Shown here: in pieces, positions 51,687-61,113 of the stretch
Numbering within the stretch: position 1 is the first letter of the stretch
How the letters are laid out: each line of letters begins with the position of its first letter
Assembly (NCBI GenBank): GCA_013336165.1
Contig: JAAXUF010000008.1
Location: forward strand, 4,538-68,537
Reading direction: 5' to 3'
DNA: 64,000 nt
From: Coriobacteriia bacterium
Lineage (GTDB): Bacteria > Actinomycetota > Coriobacteriia > Anaerosomatales > JAAXUF01
Notes under the pieces: model-generated
What the model was told of the DNA's origin: nothing
Database searches by the model: none
What the model saw: only the letters and a program-made list of their open reading frames with translations
Program-made: the position numbers and the translations under genes

Positions 51687-53630
51687 ATGATGAACCCGGT
51701 GCGGACACGCATCCTTGATTCGATAGATGCGCCGTGCGACGTGAAGTCGCTCGATGACGCCCAACTCGCCCAACTCTCTACCGAGATTCGCGACGAACTC
51801 GTCTCGACGGTCTCGAAGACCGGCGGGCACCTGGCGCCCAACCTCGGCATCGTCGAGTTGACGCTGGGGATTCACCGCGCACTCGATTGCCCCAATGATC
51901 GCATCGTCTTCGACGTGGGCCACCAGGCATACGTGCACAAGCTCATCACGGGGCGGCGCGACGAGTTCTCCAGCTTGCGCCAGTACGGCGGGCTGTGCGG
52001 CTTCCCAAAGCGCAGCGAGTCTGCGTTCGACTCGTTTGACGCGGGGCACGCCTCTGATTCGCTTTCCGTCGCACTCGGGCTGGCGTTAGCGCGAGACGCC
52101 CGCGGGGGCGACGAGACGGTGCTGGCCGTCATCGGCGACGGGTCTTTGACCGGTGGGATGGCTTTCGAGGCCATGAATCACATCGGCCACTTGGGCACGC
52201 GCGTCGTGATCGTGCTCAACGACAACGAGATGTCGATATCCGAAAACGTCGGCGCTCTATCAAGCTATCTGGCGCGCGTTCGCTTGGACCCGCGCTACAC
52301 GCGCCTTCGCGACGGTGTCGAGTCCAAACTCGCGACGACCGGCTTTGGCCGCGTGATGGTCGAGGCGGGAGAGGCGGTCAAGGGATCGTTCAAACAGCTT
52401 CTCGTTCCCGGGATGCTCTTCGAGGAGATGGGACTGAAGTACGTCGGTCCGATCGACGGCCATGACATCAAACAGGTGCAAACGGCCGTCGAGAGGGCAA
52501 AGACGGTCAACGGCCCGGTCATCATTCACGCCGTGACTCGCAAAGGCCGGGGCTACGCTCCCGCCGAGAACCAACCGGACACCTTTCACGGCATTGGGCC
52601 GTTCTCGGCGGAAACCGGGGAGGCTGCCTCCTCCGGCGGGCCGATGAACTACACGAATGCCTTCTCGCTCTCCCTTGTCACGGAAGCCGAGAACGATCCG
52701 TCCATTGTCGCGATCACCGCCGCCATGCCCTTCGGCACGGGGCTTGACCGCTTCGAGGCGGCCTTTCCCGGCCGCTTCTTCGACGTCGGCATCGCCGAGG
52801 AGCACGCCGTCGGCATGGCCGCAGGTCTGGCCGCCGGAGGGCTTACACCGGTCGTCGCGATCTACTCGACGTTCCTGCAACGCGCCTACGACCAGCTGAT
52901 CACCGACATCGCGCTGCAGAACCTCCACGTGGTGTTCTGCCTGGACCGCGCGGGGCTTGTCGGCGAGGACGGGCCCACGCACCACGGCGTGTTCGACCTG
53001 ACGTACCTGCGCTCGATCCCCAACATGATGGTTCTGGCTCCGGCCGACGAGGCGGAGCTGGCCAACGCGCTCCACACGGCGCTTGCCGCCGACGGGCCTG
53101 TGGCGATCCGCTATCCGCGGGGCGCTTCGCGCGGCGTGGGCCTTCCCGTGCACCCTTCGGTTTTCGAGACCGGTCGTGCCGAGGTGCGCCGAAGGGGCAG
53201 CGACGTGGCCTTGCTGGCCGCGGGGCGCATGGTGGGCGTGTGCGAAGATGCCGCCGAGTTGCTCGCGGTCCGGGGGGTCTCGGCGAGCGTGGTCAACGCG
53301 CGCTGGATCAAGCCGCTCGATACCGAGGTGATCTCGTGGGCCGCATCGGAGCATGCGCTTGTGGTGACGGTCGAAGAGAACACCACAATCGGCGGCTTTG
53401 GCGCCGGCGTGTGCGAGGTGCTGGCCGATCTGCGGCTGCAGGTGCCCGTTCTGCGGCTGGCGATACCCGACTGCTTCGTAACTCATGGCGCCATGAGCAG
53501 GCTGCTCGCCGATGTCGGGCTCACCAGCGACGGCGTGGCCGCTTCGGTTCTTGCCAGGATGGCCGACATGTCAGTAGACGCCGAGAGGAACGCTCATGGC
53601 GCGCAGCCGCCTCGACGCGACCCTCGCTGA
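51687..53630 (+). CDS. dxs: 1-deoxy-D-xylulose-5-phosphate synthase
   Basis: 'GGHLAPNLGIVELT', 'DVGHQAYVHKLITGR', 'IGDGSLTGGMAFEAMN', and 'GIAEEHAV'. Confidence 0.96.
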   Translation: MMNPVRTRILDSIDAPCDVKSLDDAQLAQLSTEIRDELVSTVSKTGGHLAPNLGIVELTLGIHRALDCPNDRIVFDVGHQAYVHKLITGRRDEFSSLRQYGGLCGFPKRSESAFDSFDAGHASDSLSVALGLALARDARGGDETVLAVIGDGSLTGGMAFEAMNHIGHLGTRVVIVLNDNEMSISENVGALSSYLARVRLDPRYTRLRDGVESKLATTGFGRVMVEAGEAVKGSFKQLLVPGMLFEEMGLKYVGPIDGHDIKQVQTAVERAKTVNGPVIIHAVTRKGRGYAPAENQPDTFHGIGPFSAETGEAASSGGPMNYTNAFSLSLVTEAENDPSIVAITAAMPFGTGLDRFEAAFPGRFFDVGIAEEHAVGMAAGLAAGGLTPVVAIYSTFLQRAYDQLITDIALQNLHVVFCLDRAGLVGEDGPTHHGVFDLTYLRSIPNMMVLAPADEAELANALHTALAADGPVAIRYPRGASRGVGLPVHPSVFETGRAEVRRRGSDVALLAAGRMVGVCEDAAELLAVRGVSASVVNARWIKPLDTEVISWAASEHALVVTVEENTTIGGFGAGVCEVLADLRLQVPVLRLAIPDCFVTHGAMSRLLADVGLTSDGVAASVLARMADMSVDAERNAHGAQPPRRDPR

Positions 53631-54390
53631 TCGCGGGCTGTTCCCATCGCGCGAGCAGGCGCGCGCCGCTGTCCTCGCGGGAGAAGTGCGCGTCGATGGC
53701 GAGATCGTGACGAAGGCCGGCCATTCAATCGCCGAGACCGCCGAGATCGAGGTGCTCAAGCGCCCCAGGTTCGTGTCGCGCGGAGGTGAGAAGCTGGCGG
53801 GCGCGCTTGCCAAGTTCGGCGTGGATCCGGCTGGTGCGCGCGCCATCGACGTGGGCGCCTCGACGGGAGGATTCACCGACTGCCTGCTTCAGGCGGGTGC
53901 GGCGCAGGTGGTCGCCCTCGACGTGGGATACGGTCAGCTTGCATGGTCACTGCGGACCGATCCGCGAGTCGTGGTGGTGGAGCGGACCAACGTTCGCTCG
54001 GCGGATTCGGAGCTACTGGGCGCCCCGTTTGATCTTGTCGTCATGGATGTGTCCTTCATTTCGCTCAGGACGGTATTCCCGCAGCTCCTTACGCTGCTTG
54101 GCGAGGCGGGCGACCTTATCGTCTTGGTAAAACCCCAGTTTGAAGCTGGTAAGGGGCGCGTGGGAAAAAAGGGCGTTGTGAGGAATCCGGCTGTGCACGA
54201 AGATGTCTTGCGTGCGGCGGTCGAAACCGCAGTTGCTGCAGATCTGGTTGTCAGGGGCCTGACCTTCTCGCCGATACAAGGGCCGGAGGGTAATATCGAG
54301 TTTTGGATGTGGGTCGCGCGTGAAGGGGAAGCGACGCCTGATTCCGTGGAACAGGTTGTCGCCGACGCTCACCGGGTTTTCGGAGGGTAG
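53596..54390 (+). CDS. tlyA: TlyA-family rRNA 2'-O-methyltransferase (S4 + FtsJ domains)
   Basis: 'RLDATLADRGLFPSREQARAAVLAGEVRVDG' is the S4 domain. 'AIDVGASTGGFTDCLLQ' is the SAM-binding motif. Confidence 0.9.
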   Translation: MARSRLDATLADRGLFPSREQARAAVLAGEVRVDGEIVTKAGHSIAETAEIEVLKRPRFVSRGGEKLAGALAKFGVDPAGARAIDVGASTGGFTDCLLQAGAAQVVALDVGYGQLAWSLRTDPRVVVVERTNVRSADSELLGAPFDLVVMDVSFISLRTVFPQLLTLLGEAGDLIVLVKPQFEAGKGRVGKKGVVRNPAVHEDVLRAAVETAVAADLVVRGLTFSPIQGPEGNIEFWMWVAREGEATPDSVEQVVADAHRVFGG

Positions 54391-54392
54391 CA

Positions 54393-55235
54393 TTGAGAGT
54401 CTTGCTGGTACCGAATGTGGCGAATCCTGCAGCCGTCTCGGCTGCGGTTGAACTGGTTACATGGCTGGCAGGACAAGGCCTTGAGCCGGTCTTCTCGGCT
54501 GAGGATGCGGCACGGGCCGGCTTACCCCGGCTGGGCTTGGCTCCTACCGACATAGGAGAGCCTGCACTCACGATCGCGCTGGGCGGGGACGGGACGATTC
54601 TGAAAGCAGTGCACCTGATCGGCGAGACGGAAGTGCCGATTCTGGGGCTCAATTTCGGACAACTCGGGTTCATGTCGGGGGCAGGCGCCGGTCAAATGCG
54701 CGAGTCGGTCCTAGCGGCGCTTTCGGGCGAGGTTCGTGTCGAGCGGCGGGCGACGCTTTCGGCGGAAGTGGTGATGGACGGGCGTGCGGTCGGCACGTAT
54801 CGGGCGCTCAACGAGATCGTCATCTCGAAGGGGGAGTCGGCGCGCCTAGTGGCCTTCGACCTCGCGATCGATGGTCACACGGTCATGAGGACACGCGCCG
54901 ACGGCCTCATCGTCGCGACGGCCACGGGATCGACAGCGTATGCACTTTCGGCGGGTGGTCCGATGGTGGCGCCGGGATTTGGCGGCATGGTGGTTGTGCC
55001 GGTGGCCGCCCATACGCTGAAGGCGAGAACCATCCTGACCAATCCCGCGGACGTCGTTGAGATCGCCCTTCCTGATCCGAATCGCGCAGACGCGTGCGTG
55101 GTCGTTGACGGAGACCCGACGCCTAATCGCCGTGCAATCGAGCGCGTGACGGTCACCCGGGGGCAACACGACGTGCTCCTCGTGAAACTCGACGGGCGCG
55201 ACTTCTATGAGACGATTTCGGCGGAGTTCTTTTAG
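54393..55235 (+). CDS. nadK: NAD kinase
   Basis: 'ALGGDGTILKA', 'GLNFGQLGF', and 'DGLIVATATGSTAYALSAGGP'. Confidence 0.9.
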   Translation: MRVLLVPNVANPAAVSAAVELVTWLAGQGLEPVFSAEDAARAGLPRLGLAPTDIGEPALTIALGGDGTILKAVHLIGETEVPILGLNFGQLGFMSGAGAGQMRESVLAALSGEVRVERRATLSAEVVMDGRAVGTYRALNEIVISKGESARLVAFDLAIDGHTVMRTRADGLIVATATGSTAYALSAGGPMVAPGFGGMVVVPVAAHTLKARTILTNPADVVEIALPDPNRADACVVVDGDPTPNRRAIERVTVTRGQHDVLLVKLDGRDFYETISAEFF

Positions 55236-55243
55236 GGGACAAG

Positions 55244-56872
55244 GTGCTTCAAGAACTACACGTCCAAAACCTCGCTCTCATCAGCGACGCATGGCTCGAA
55301 TTCGGCCCGGGAATGACGGCGCTGACCGGTGAGACCGGTGCCGGCAAGACGGCGCTGCTCGGTGCGCTCAAGCTACTGCTTGGGGAGCGCGCCGACTCGA
55401 CGCTCGTGCGAAACGGGGCGAGCGAGGCGCTCGTTGAGGGCCGCTTCACCGCGGGTGAGGACGAAGTCGTGGCGCGCCGCAAGGTCTCCTCGGACGGGAG
55501 AAGCCGCTGCACGCTCGACGGCGAGATGGCGACTGTCGGTGCGCTTGCCGAGCGGCTCGGCCCATTGGTGGACCTACATGGACAGCACGAGCATCAGGCG
55601 CTCCTGACGCCCGGCAGCCACGTGGCCTATCTGGACCGCTGGGCAGGCGAAGAGGGGATGAGCGCGATCGCTCGATACCGCGCCGCCCGTGCGGCGTACA
55701 GGGGTGCGCTCGCTGCGAAAGAGGTGCTGGCGGATCAGCTCGCCAACGCCGCGCGCAATGCGGACTACCTGCATTTTGTCGCCGATGAGATCGGCCGGGT
55801 GGCGCCGGTGGCGGGGGAGGATGACGCGCTCTCAGCACGGCTGCCGGCGCTCCAGCACGCTGAGCGGCTGGCAGAGGCGGCTGGTCTGGCGACGGAGCTG
55901 CTGCGTGGCGATGAGGGCGCCCTCGATCGCATCGGCGAGGCGGCTGCGGTGCTCTCGCGGGTCGAGGGGATCGACCCGGATCTGGACGCCCTTGTCGGCA
56001 GGCTCGCGGAGGCCAGGGCGCTCGTCGACGATGCGAGTGCCGACTTGCGCGGGTATCGCGATGGAGTCGAGCACGATCCGTCGGTGTTGGACAGTATGCT
56101 GACGCGCTTGGGCCAGCTAAACGCCCTCGCGCGCAAGTACGGCCCTCGGCTGCAAGACGTCATACGTACGCGCGAAGAGGCGCTTGTGGCGCTGGCCGCT
56201 TTTGAGAGCGGCGAGGAAGGTCTCTCGGCGGCGCAGTCAGCCTGCGCAGAGGCCGAATCCGAGCTGCGCACGGCCGCCGCCGCTGTCTCCGGAGTGCGCA
56301 AGCGAGCCGAGGCGGGGTTTGTTGGGGCGCTGGGTGCTGCTGCGGCCGACCTCGCGATGGATGGCGCGTGCTTCGAGGTCTCGGTCACGGACCTGCCTTT
56401 CGATGCCTGGACCGCAGACGGCCCGCACCGGGTGGAGTTCCTCTACGCGCCAGCTTCCGGCCTGCAGCCCCGGCCGCTGGCACGGATCGCTTCGGGCGGC
56501 GAGATCTCGCGGGTGATGCTCGCGCTCAAGGGGGTTCTCGGCGAGGCGGACACGGTGGAGACGCTCGTGTTTGATGAGGTCGATGCAGGCATCGGCGGAA
56601 CGACTGCGGACGCCGTGGGTCGGCGTCTTGCCCAGCTCGCCCGGACGCACCAGGTCATAATTGTGACGCATCTGGCCCAGGTCGCGGCGTACGCCGATTC
56701 TCAGATGGTTGTAGCCAAGCACACCACCGAGGAGTCGGTCGCAACGACTGTGGAGGTGGTCTACGGGGAAGATCGCATCGCAGAGATCGCGCGCATGCTT
56801 TCCGGGAGAGATTCCGAAGCAAGCCGCCTGCACGCGCGAGAGCTTCTCGGCAGCGTGGACAGGCCGCTTTAG
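55244..56872 (+). CDS. recN: DNA repair protein RecN
   Basis: GTG start. 'FGPGMTALTGETGAGKTALLGAL' (Walker A), a long coiled coil, and the C-terminal 'ASGGEISRVMLALK' and 'LVFDEVDAGIGG'. Confidence 0.93.
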   Translation: MLQELHVQNLALISDAWLEFGPGMTALTGETGAGKTALLGALKLLLGERADSTLVRNGASEALVEGRFTAGEDEVVARRKVSSDGRSRCTLDGEMATVGALAERLGPLVDLHGQHEHQALLTPGSHVAYLDRWAGEEGMSAIARYRAARAAYRGALAAKEVLADQLANAARNADYLHFVADEIGRVAPVAGEDDALSARLPALQHAERLAEAAGLATELLRGDEGALDRIGEAAAVLSRVEGIDPDLDALVGRLAEARALVDDASADLRGYRDGVEHDPSVLDSMLTRLGQLNALARKYGPRLQDVIRTREEALVALAAFESGEEGLSAAQSACAEAESELRTAAAAVSGVRKRAEAGFVGALGAAAADLAMDGACFEVSVTDLPFDAWTADGPHRVEFLYAPASGLQPRPLARIASGGEISRVMLALKGVLGEADTVETLVFDEVDAGIGGTTADAVGRRLAQLARTHQVIIVTHLAQVAAYADSQMVVAKHTTEESVATTVEVVYGEDRIAEIARMLSGRDSEASRLHARELLGSVDRPL

Positions 56873-57582
56873 GCGCGCTTGCCTCGCGGATCGTGTCGCC
56901 GAGACTTCCGGGCGAGTTTCGTGAGCGCGAGGCCGACGTGCACGAGCCGGCGCCCTCGAGTGATGAGCCCTTGCAGGTTCTTTCCGCCGGGCTTACCGGT
57001 CATTCCGGTCTCGACTTCCTCGATCCGAAACCCCGCCCGAAGTGCTCGCACCGTCACACCGACTTCCACCCCGTACCCGGCCGAGAATGGCCTGACCGCC
57101 TCGAGGCAGCGGTTCGTGAGAGCCCGCTGACTGGAGAGTGGGACTCGAAAGTCGACGTTTTCGCCCGCCAGTCGTCGAATTCCCCAGCGAGCCAGTCCTT
57201 CCGCCCAGCCGAGACCTGCGTTGCGGGCGGCACTCGGGGCCAGCGAGACTGTCATGTCGGCTCGACCGGCCAGCAACGGCTCGAGGAGCAGCTCGGCCTG
57301 CGATGCTCCTTGTCCCAGATCGCCGTCAAGCAGCAGTATGATGTCGGCGTTTTCGATGCGCATCGCGCCGGCTTCGAGCGCCGCGCCTTTGCCCATGTTG
57401 CCAAAAATCCGGACTACCTTGGCACCGGCCGCCTCGGCTCGCTGGTCCGTCTCGTCCTCGCTCCCGTCGTCAACGACGACGACTCTCGTGACACCCGGGA
57501 TCAAAAAGGCTGTTTGCACTGTCTCGGCGATGGCGGCAGCCTCGTTGTGGGCGGGGATCAGGACGGCGATGTCCAACTTCAA
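56869..57582 (-). CDS. Family 2 glycosyltransferase
   Basis: Only the 3' ~237 codons of minus ORF 56869..58353 look real: 'IAVLIPAHNEAAAI...VVVVDDGSEDET...LLLDGDL'. The proposed start is TTG at 57582, overlapping the murJ TGA (TTGA). TTG 57576 is an alternative start. Confidence 0.78.
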   Translation of the reverse strand: MKLDIAVLIPAHNEAAAIAETVQTAFLIPGVTRVVVVDDGSEDETDQRAEAAGAKVVRIFGNMGKGAALEAGAMRIENADIILLLDGDLGQGASQAELLLEPLLAGRADMTVSLAPSAARNAGLGWAEGLARWGIRRLAGENVDFRVPLSSQRALTNRCLEAVRPFSAGYGVEVGVTVRALRAGFRIEEVETGMTGKPGGKNLQGLITRGRRLVHVGLALTKLARKSRRHDPRGKRA

Positions 57583-59216
57583 GACTTCCGCAGTCGTGAC
57601 CCCGCGCGCCTGAACAGGTCGGTGGCGACGGAGACTTCCTTCACGCCGAACCAGTGTCCTAGGGTGAGTGCGACCGTGATCCCTGCCGCACCTCCCACAG
57701 CGATCTGCAGAAGCGCCCCCGGAACCCCTCCGGCCAGTGATGCAAGCGGGATGGTGATGCCCCAGGCAACCAAGCCCGCGATTGCAGAGGCGGCGCCCAT
57801 CCTCAGGAAGGTGCTCGCGATGCCCGCGAAATCGAAGCTTCCGATCCGCTTGCGCAGCGCAACGCCGAGAACCGTGCACATGAGGATGAAGAAGATGGTG
57901 TCGCCGATCGGGATGCCGTTGATCCCGATACCTTTCCAGCCACCGATTCCGGTCGACAACAGCGTGTAGAGACCGATCTGGATGACAGTCAGCGTCAGGT
58001 TGATGACCATCGGCGTCTTCGTGTCTCTGAGCGAGTAGAACGCTTTGAGCAGGAACATGGTGGTCGCGTAGAAGATGAGGCCGATCGCCCAGAAGCGCAG
58101 GGCGCTTGCCACCAGCGGGACATCGGCGGCTGTGAACGCGCCAACACGGTACATCGAGACGAGAGGGCTTGCCAGCGCAATGAGGAGCGCTGACATCGGC
58201 AGCATTATGACGCCGGTGGCCCTCAGGCCCCGCGAGAACGTGTCCTTGAAGCCGGCCATGTCCTTCTTGCCTGCCGTCTCGGCGAGCTCGGTGAAGATCG
58301 CTGTCGCCAGCGCAACGGCGAAGATCCCGTAGGGAAGCTGGTAGAAGATCCATGCGTAGATGAGGACCGACGGGCCCTTGGGCGAAACGGCGAACGCTGA
58401 CGCATTCATAAACGAGACGGCGACTAGGTTGGTGAGGGTATAGACGAGTGTGGGCACGGCGAGCTGCAGCATCTTGCGAAGAGCCGGGTCGTCAAACCCG
58501 AGACCCCAAGAGTGGCGCCAGCCGCTCTTTCGCAGGGCGGGTATCTGAATCCCGAACATGACGGCGACCGCAAGCGTTGTGCCGACACCCAGCACGATGT
58601 AAGCGATCCTCGAGTCACCCTTGAACGCTACGAAGGCGATCATTGTGGCGATCGCGATGAGGTTGTTAAAGATCGGCCCGATCGCAGGCCACAAGTAGCG
58701 TCGCTGGGAGTTCAACACCGCGGTGGTCACGGATCCAAGACCGTATAAGACAACCTGGATTGCGAAGAATCGGAAGAAGAACGTCGCGGGCTCGACCACG
58801 CCCGAGGCTTCTGCGGTCGACATTCGGAATGTCTGCGTCCAGATGAACGGCCCGGGAAACACCGTGCCGATGATCGCCAGCAGCCCGAGGCCCAGCATGG
58901 CCAGGTTGAACACGTGGCTCGTGAAACGCCAAGCGGACGCCTCGTCTCTGGTCTGCCGGATTTCCATGAAAGTTGGGATGAACAGGGAAGAGATGATTCC
59001 GCCGGCAACCAGCTCATACATCATGTTGGGGAGGTTGTTTGCGACGGTGTAGGACGACATGAGCCCCGTAGCTCCGAGCGCAAAGGCGGTTGCCCACATG
59101 CGCAGGAAGCCTGTACCGCGCGAGAGCAGGGTCGCAGTCGACATGAGCGCGGTTGAGCGGGCGATCGATGGCTTGCTGATGGTCCGCCTCCTTCTTGCTG
59201 TCGCAAGAGAATCCAC
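57579..59216 (-). CDS. murJ: Lipid II flippase MurJ
   Basis: 545-aa polytopic protein. 'TLLSRGTGFLRMWATAFALG' and the overall MOP-family pattern fit MurJ/MviN. Confidence 0.9.
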   Translation of the reverse strand: MDSLATARRRRTISKPSIARSTALMSTATLLSRGTGFLRMWATAFALGATGLMSSYTVANNLPNMMYELVAGGIISSLFIPTFMEIRQTRDEASAWRFTSHVFNLAMLGLGLLAIIGTVFPGPFIWTQTFRMSTAEASGVVEPATFFFRFFAIQVVLYGLGSVTTAVLNSQRRYLWPAIGPIFNNLIAIATMIAFVAFKGDSRIAYIVLGVGTTLAVAVMFGIQIPALRKSGWRHSWGLGFDDPALRKMLQLAVPTLVYTLTNLVAVSFMNASAFAVSPKGPSVLIYAWIFYQLPYGIFAVALATAIFTELAETAGKKDMAGFKDTFSRGLRATGVIMLPMSALLIALASPLVSMYRVGAFTAADVPLVASALRFWAIGLIFYATTMFLLKAFYSLRDTKTPMVINLTLTVIQIGLYTLLSTGIGGWKGIGINGIPIGDTIFFILMCTVLGVALRKRIGSFDFAGIASTFLRMGAASAIAGLVAWGITIPLASLAGGVPGALLQIAVGGAAGITVALTLGHWFGVKEVSVATDLFRRAGSRLRKS

Positions 59217-59396
59217 GTTGCTACGATCGCACCAGTGTACCTAAAGTCGTAGGTCGCCTGCTTCGGCTCTTTTGTGGGGCCTCCTCCGAATCTTGCGCGA
59301 GAATCGGCCCGGCTTTCGGCTATACTTGGTTCGGGCACTTCAAGAGCCCGGGATGCGCTGGTTTTGTCCCGCGTCGAAACCCCCGAATGCTTTGCG

Positions 59397-59429
59397 ACAG
59401 ACACGCCGCAAACCCAAAGGCATGTCTGT
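59397..59429 (+). promoter_or_regulatory. Stem-loop in the pyrG upstream region (candidate leader attenuator; tentative)
   Basis: 'acagacacgcc' (59397-59407) pairs with 'ggcatgtctgt' (59419-59429) at 10 of 11 positions and is followed by 'gctgttt'. A -10-like 'tagaat' lies at 59444-59449. The RBS 'aagaaggag' precedes ATG 59495. Confidence 0.3.
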
Positions 59430-59494
59430 GCTGTTTGAAAGGTTAGAATCACATCGGCGGACGTCTCACACAAGAAGGAGCTGGAAAGAGAGCT

Positions 59495-61108
59495 ATGGCA
59501 ACCAAGCACATCTTCGTGACCGGAGGCGTCGTCTCATCGCTTGGGAAGGGGATTACCGCCGCTTCTCTCGGCAGGCTGCTCAAGGCTCGCGGGCTCAAGG
59601 TGACGATCCAGAAGCTCGACCCGTATCTCAACGTCGATCCGGGCACCATGAGTCCGTTTCAGCACGGCGAGGTGTTCGTCACCGATGACGGTGCCGAGAC
59701 CGACCTCGACTTGGGCCACTACGAGCGATTCATCGATGAGTCGCTCACCCGAGACTGCAACGTCACGGCCGGCTCGATCTACCAGACTATCATCACTCGC
59801 GAGCGCCGCGGTGATTTTCTCGGCGGCACGGTCCAGGTCATCCCGCATGTCACCAACGAGATCAAGGAGCGCATCAACCGTCTTGCCGAGCAGACCCAGC
59901 CCGACGTCATTCTGACGGAGGTCGGCGGTACGGTGGGCGACATCGAGTCGCTGCCATTCCTTGAGGCGATCCGCCAGCTCAAGAAGGACAAGGGCCGCGA
60001 GAACGTCTGCTACATCCACGTGACCCTCGTGCCTTACATCGCCGCATCGAGCGAGCTGAAGACCAAGCCCACTCAGCACTCGGTCAAGGAGCTGCGCTCG
60101 ATCGGTATTCAGCCGGACTTCATCGTCTGCCGCTCGGACAGGCCGATCGACGTGGGGATCAGGCGCAAGATAGCGCTGTTCTGCGACGTGGATCCGGGCG
60201 CGGTCATCTCGGCGATCGACGCCCGCAGCATCTATGAGGTACCGCGCAACATCGCCGCCCAGGGACTCGATGAGATGGTGATCGAGCGTCTCGGCCTCAA
60301 GTGCGGCGCGCCGGACATGCGCGAGTGGGACGCCTTTGTCACTCACTCAGCGATGATGGCCGATGAGGTCAATATCGCGCTCGTGGGCAAGTACGTGCAG
60401 CTGCCTGACGCGTATCTGTCGGTCAACGAGGCGCTCGACCACGCCGGCATCTTTCACAACCACAAGGTGCACGTTCAGTGGGTGGACGCTGAGTCGCTCA
60501 CGCCCGAAGAGGTCGATCAGATTCTCTCGAAGATGGACGGGATCCTCGTCCCGGGTGGGTTTGGCGTGCGGGGCATCGAAGGCAAGATCCGGGCGGCCTG
60601 CTATGCGCGCGAGGGCAAAGTGCCCTACCTCGGTATCTGTCTCGGCATGCAGGTGGCTGTCGCCGAGTTCGCCCGGCACGTTGCCGGTTTTGAAGGCGCC
60701 AACTCGGCGGAGTTCGATCCGGCGACTCCGCATCCGGTCATCGACCTCATGCGCGAACAGCAGGATGTGCATGACATGGGTGGCTCGATGCGTCTCGGAA
60801 CCTATCCCTGCAGTGTGATTCCGGGCACCAAGGGCTACGCGGCGTATGGCGACGAACTCATCTATGAGCGCCACCGCCACCGTTATGAGGTCAACAACGC
60901 CTACCGCGATCAGCTCACGGAGGCGGGTCTGGTCATCAGTGGCCTGTCCCCCGACGGCACACTTGTCGAGATGGTCGAGCTTGCCGACCATCCGTGGTTC
61001 GTCGGCAACCAAGGCCACCCGGAGTTCAAGAGCCGGCCAACCCGCCCCGCCCCGCTCTTCCGCGATTTCGTCGGTGCGGCAGTGGCGTTCAAGAACCGTC
61101 GGCAGTAA
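59495..61108 (+). CDS. pyrG: CTP synthase
   Basis: '[17 protein letters not shown]', '[25 protein letters not shown]', 'GICLGMQ', and 'HRHRYEVN'. Confidence 0.97.
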   Translation: MATKHIFVTGGVVSSLGKGITAASLGRLLKARGLKVTIQKLDPYLNVDPGTMSPFQHGEVFVTDDGAETDLDLGHYERFIDESLTRDCNVTAGSIYQTIITRERRGDFLGGTVQVIPHVTNEIKERINRLAEQTQPDVILTEVGGTVGDIESLPFLEAIRQLKKDKGRENVCYIHVTLVPYIAASSELKTKPTQHSVKELRSIGIQPDFIVCRSDRPIDVGIRRKIALFCDVDPGAVISAIDARSIYEVPRNIAAQGLDEMVIERLGLKCGAPDMREWDAFVTHSAMMADEVNIALVGKYVQLPDAYLSVNEALDHAGIFHNHKVHVQWVDAESLTPEEVDQILSKMDGILVPGGFGVRGIEGKIRAACYAREGKVPYLGICLGMQVAVAEFARHVAGFEGANSAEFDPATPHPVIDLMREQQDVHDMGGSMRLGTYPCSVIPGTKGYAAYGDELIYERHRHRYEVNNAYRDQLTEAGLVISGLSPDGTLVEMVELADHPWFVGNQGHPEFKSRPTRPAPLFRDFVGAAVAFKNRRQ

Positions 61109-61113
61109 CGGCC

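Noticed and set aside
52260-53486. A 408-aa minus-strand ORF inside dxs
   Set aside because: It is antisense to a textbook DXS translation. It is compositionally biased (R, G, H, D, P) and has no motif, so it is a GC-driven shadow ORF.
56869-58353. A 494-aa minus-strand ORF that looks like one large gene
   Set aside because: Only the last ~237 codons look like a real protein (a GT2 glycosyltransferase). The upstream ~250 codons are R/H/P/G-rich nonsense lying in an alternative frame over the 3' half of murJ (57579..59216), which has a convincing MOP-flippase translation. I trimmed the gene to 56869..57582.
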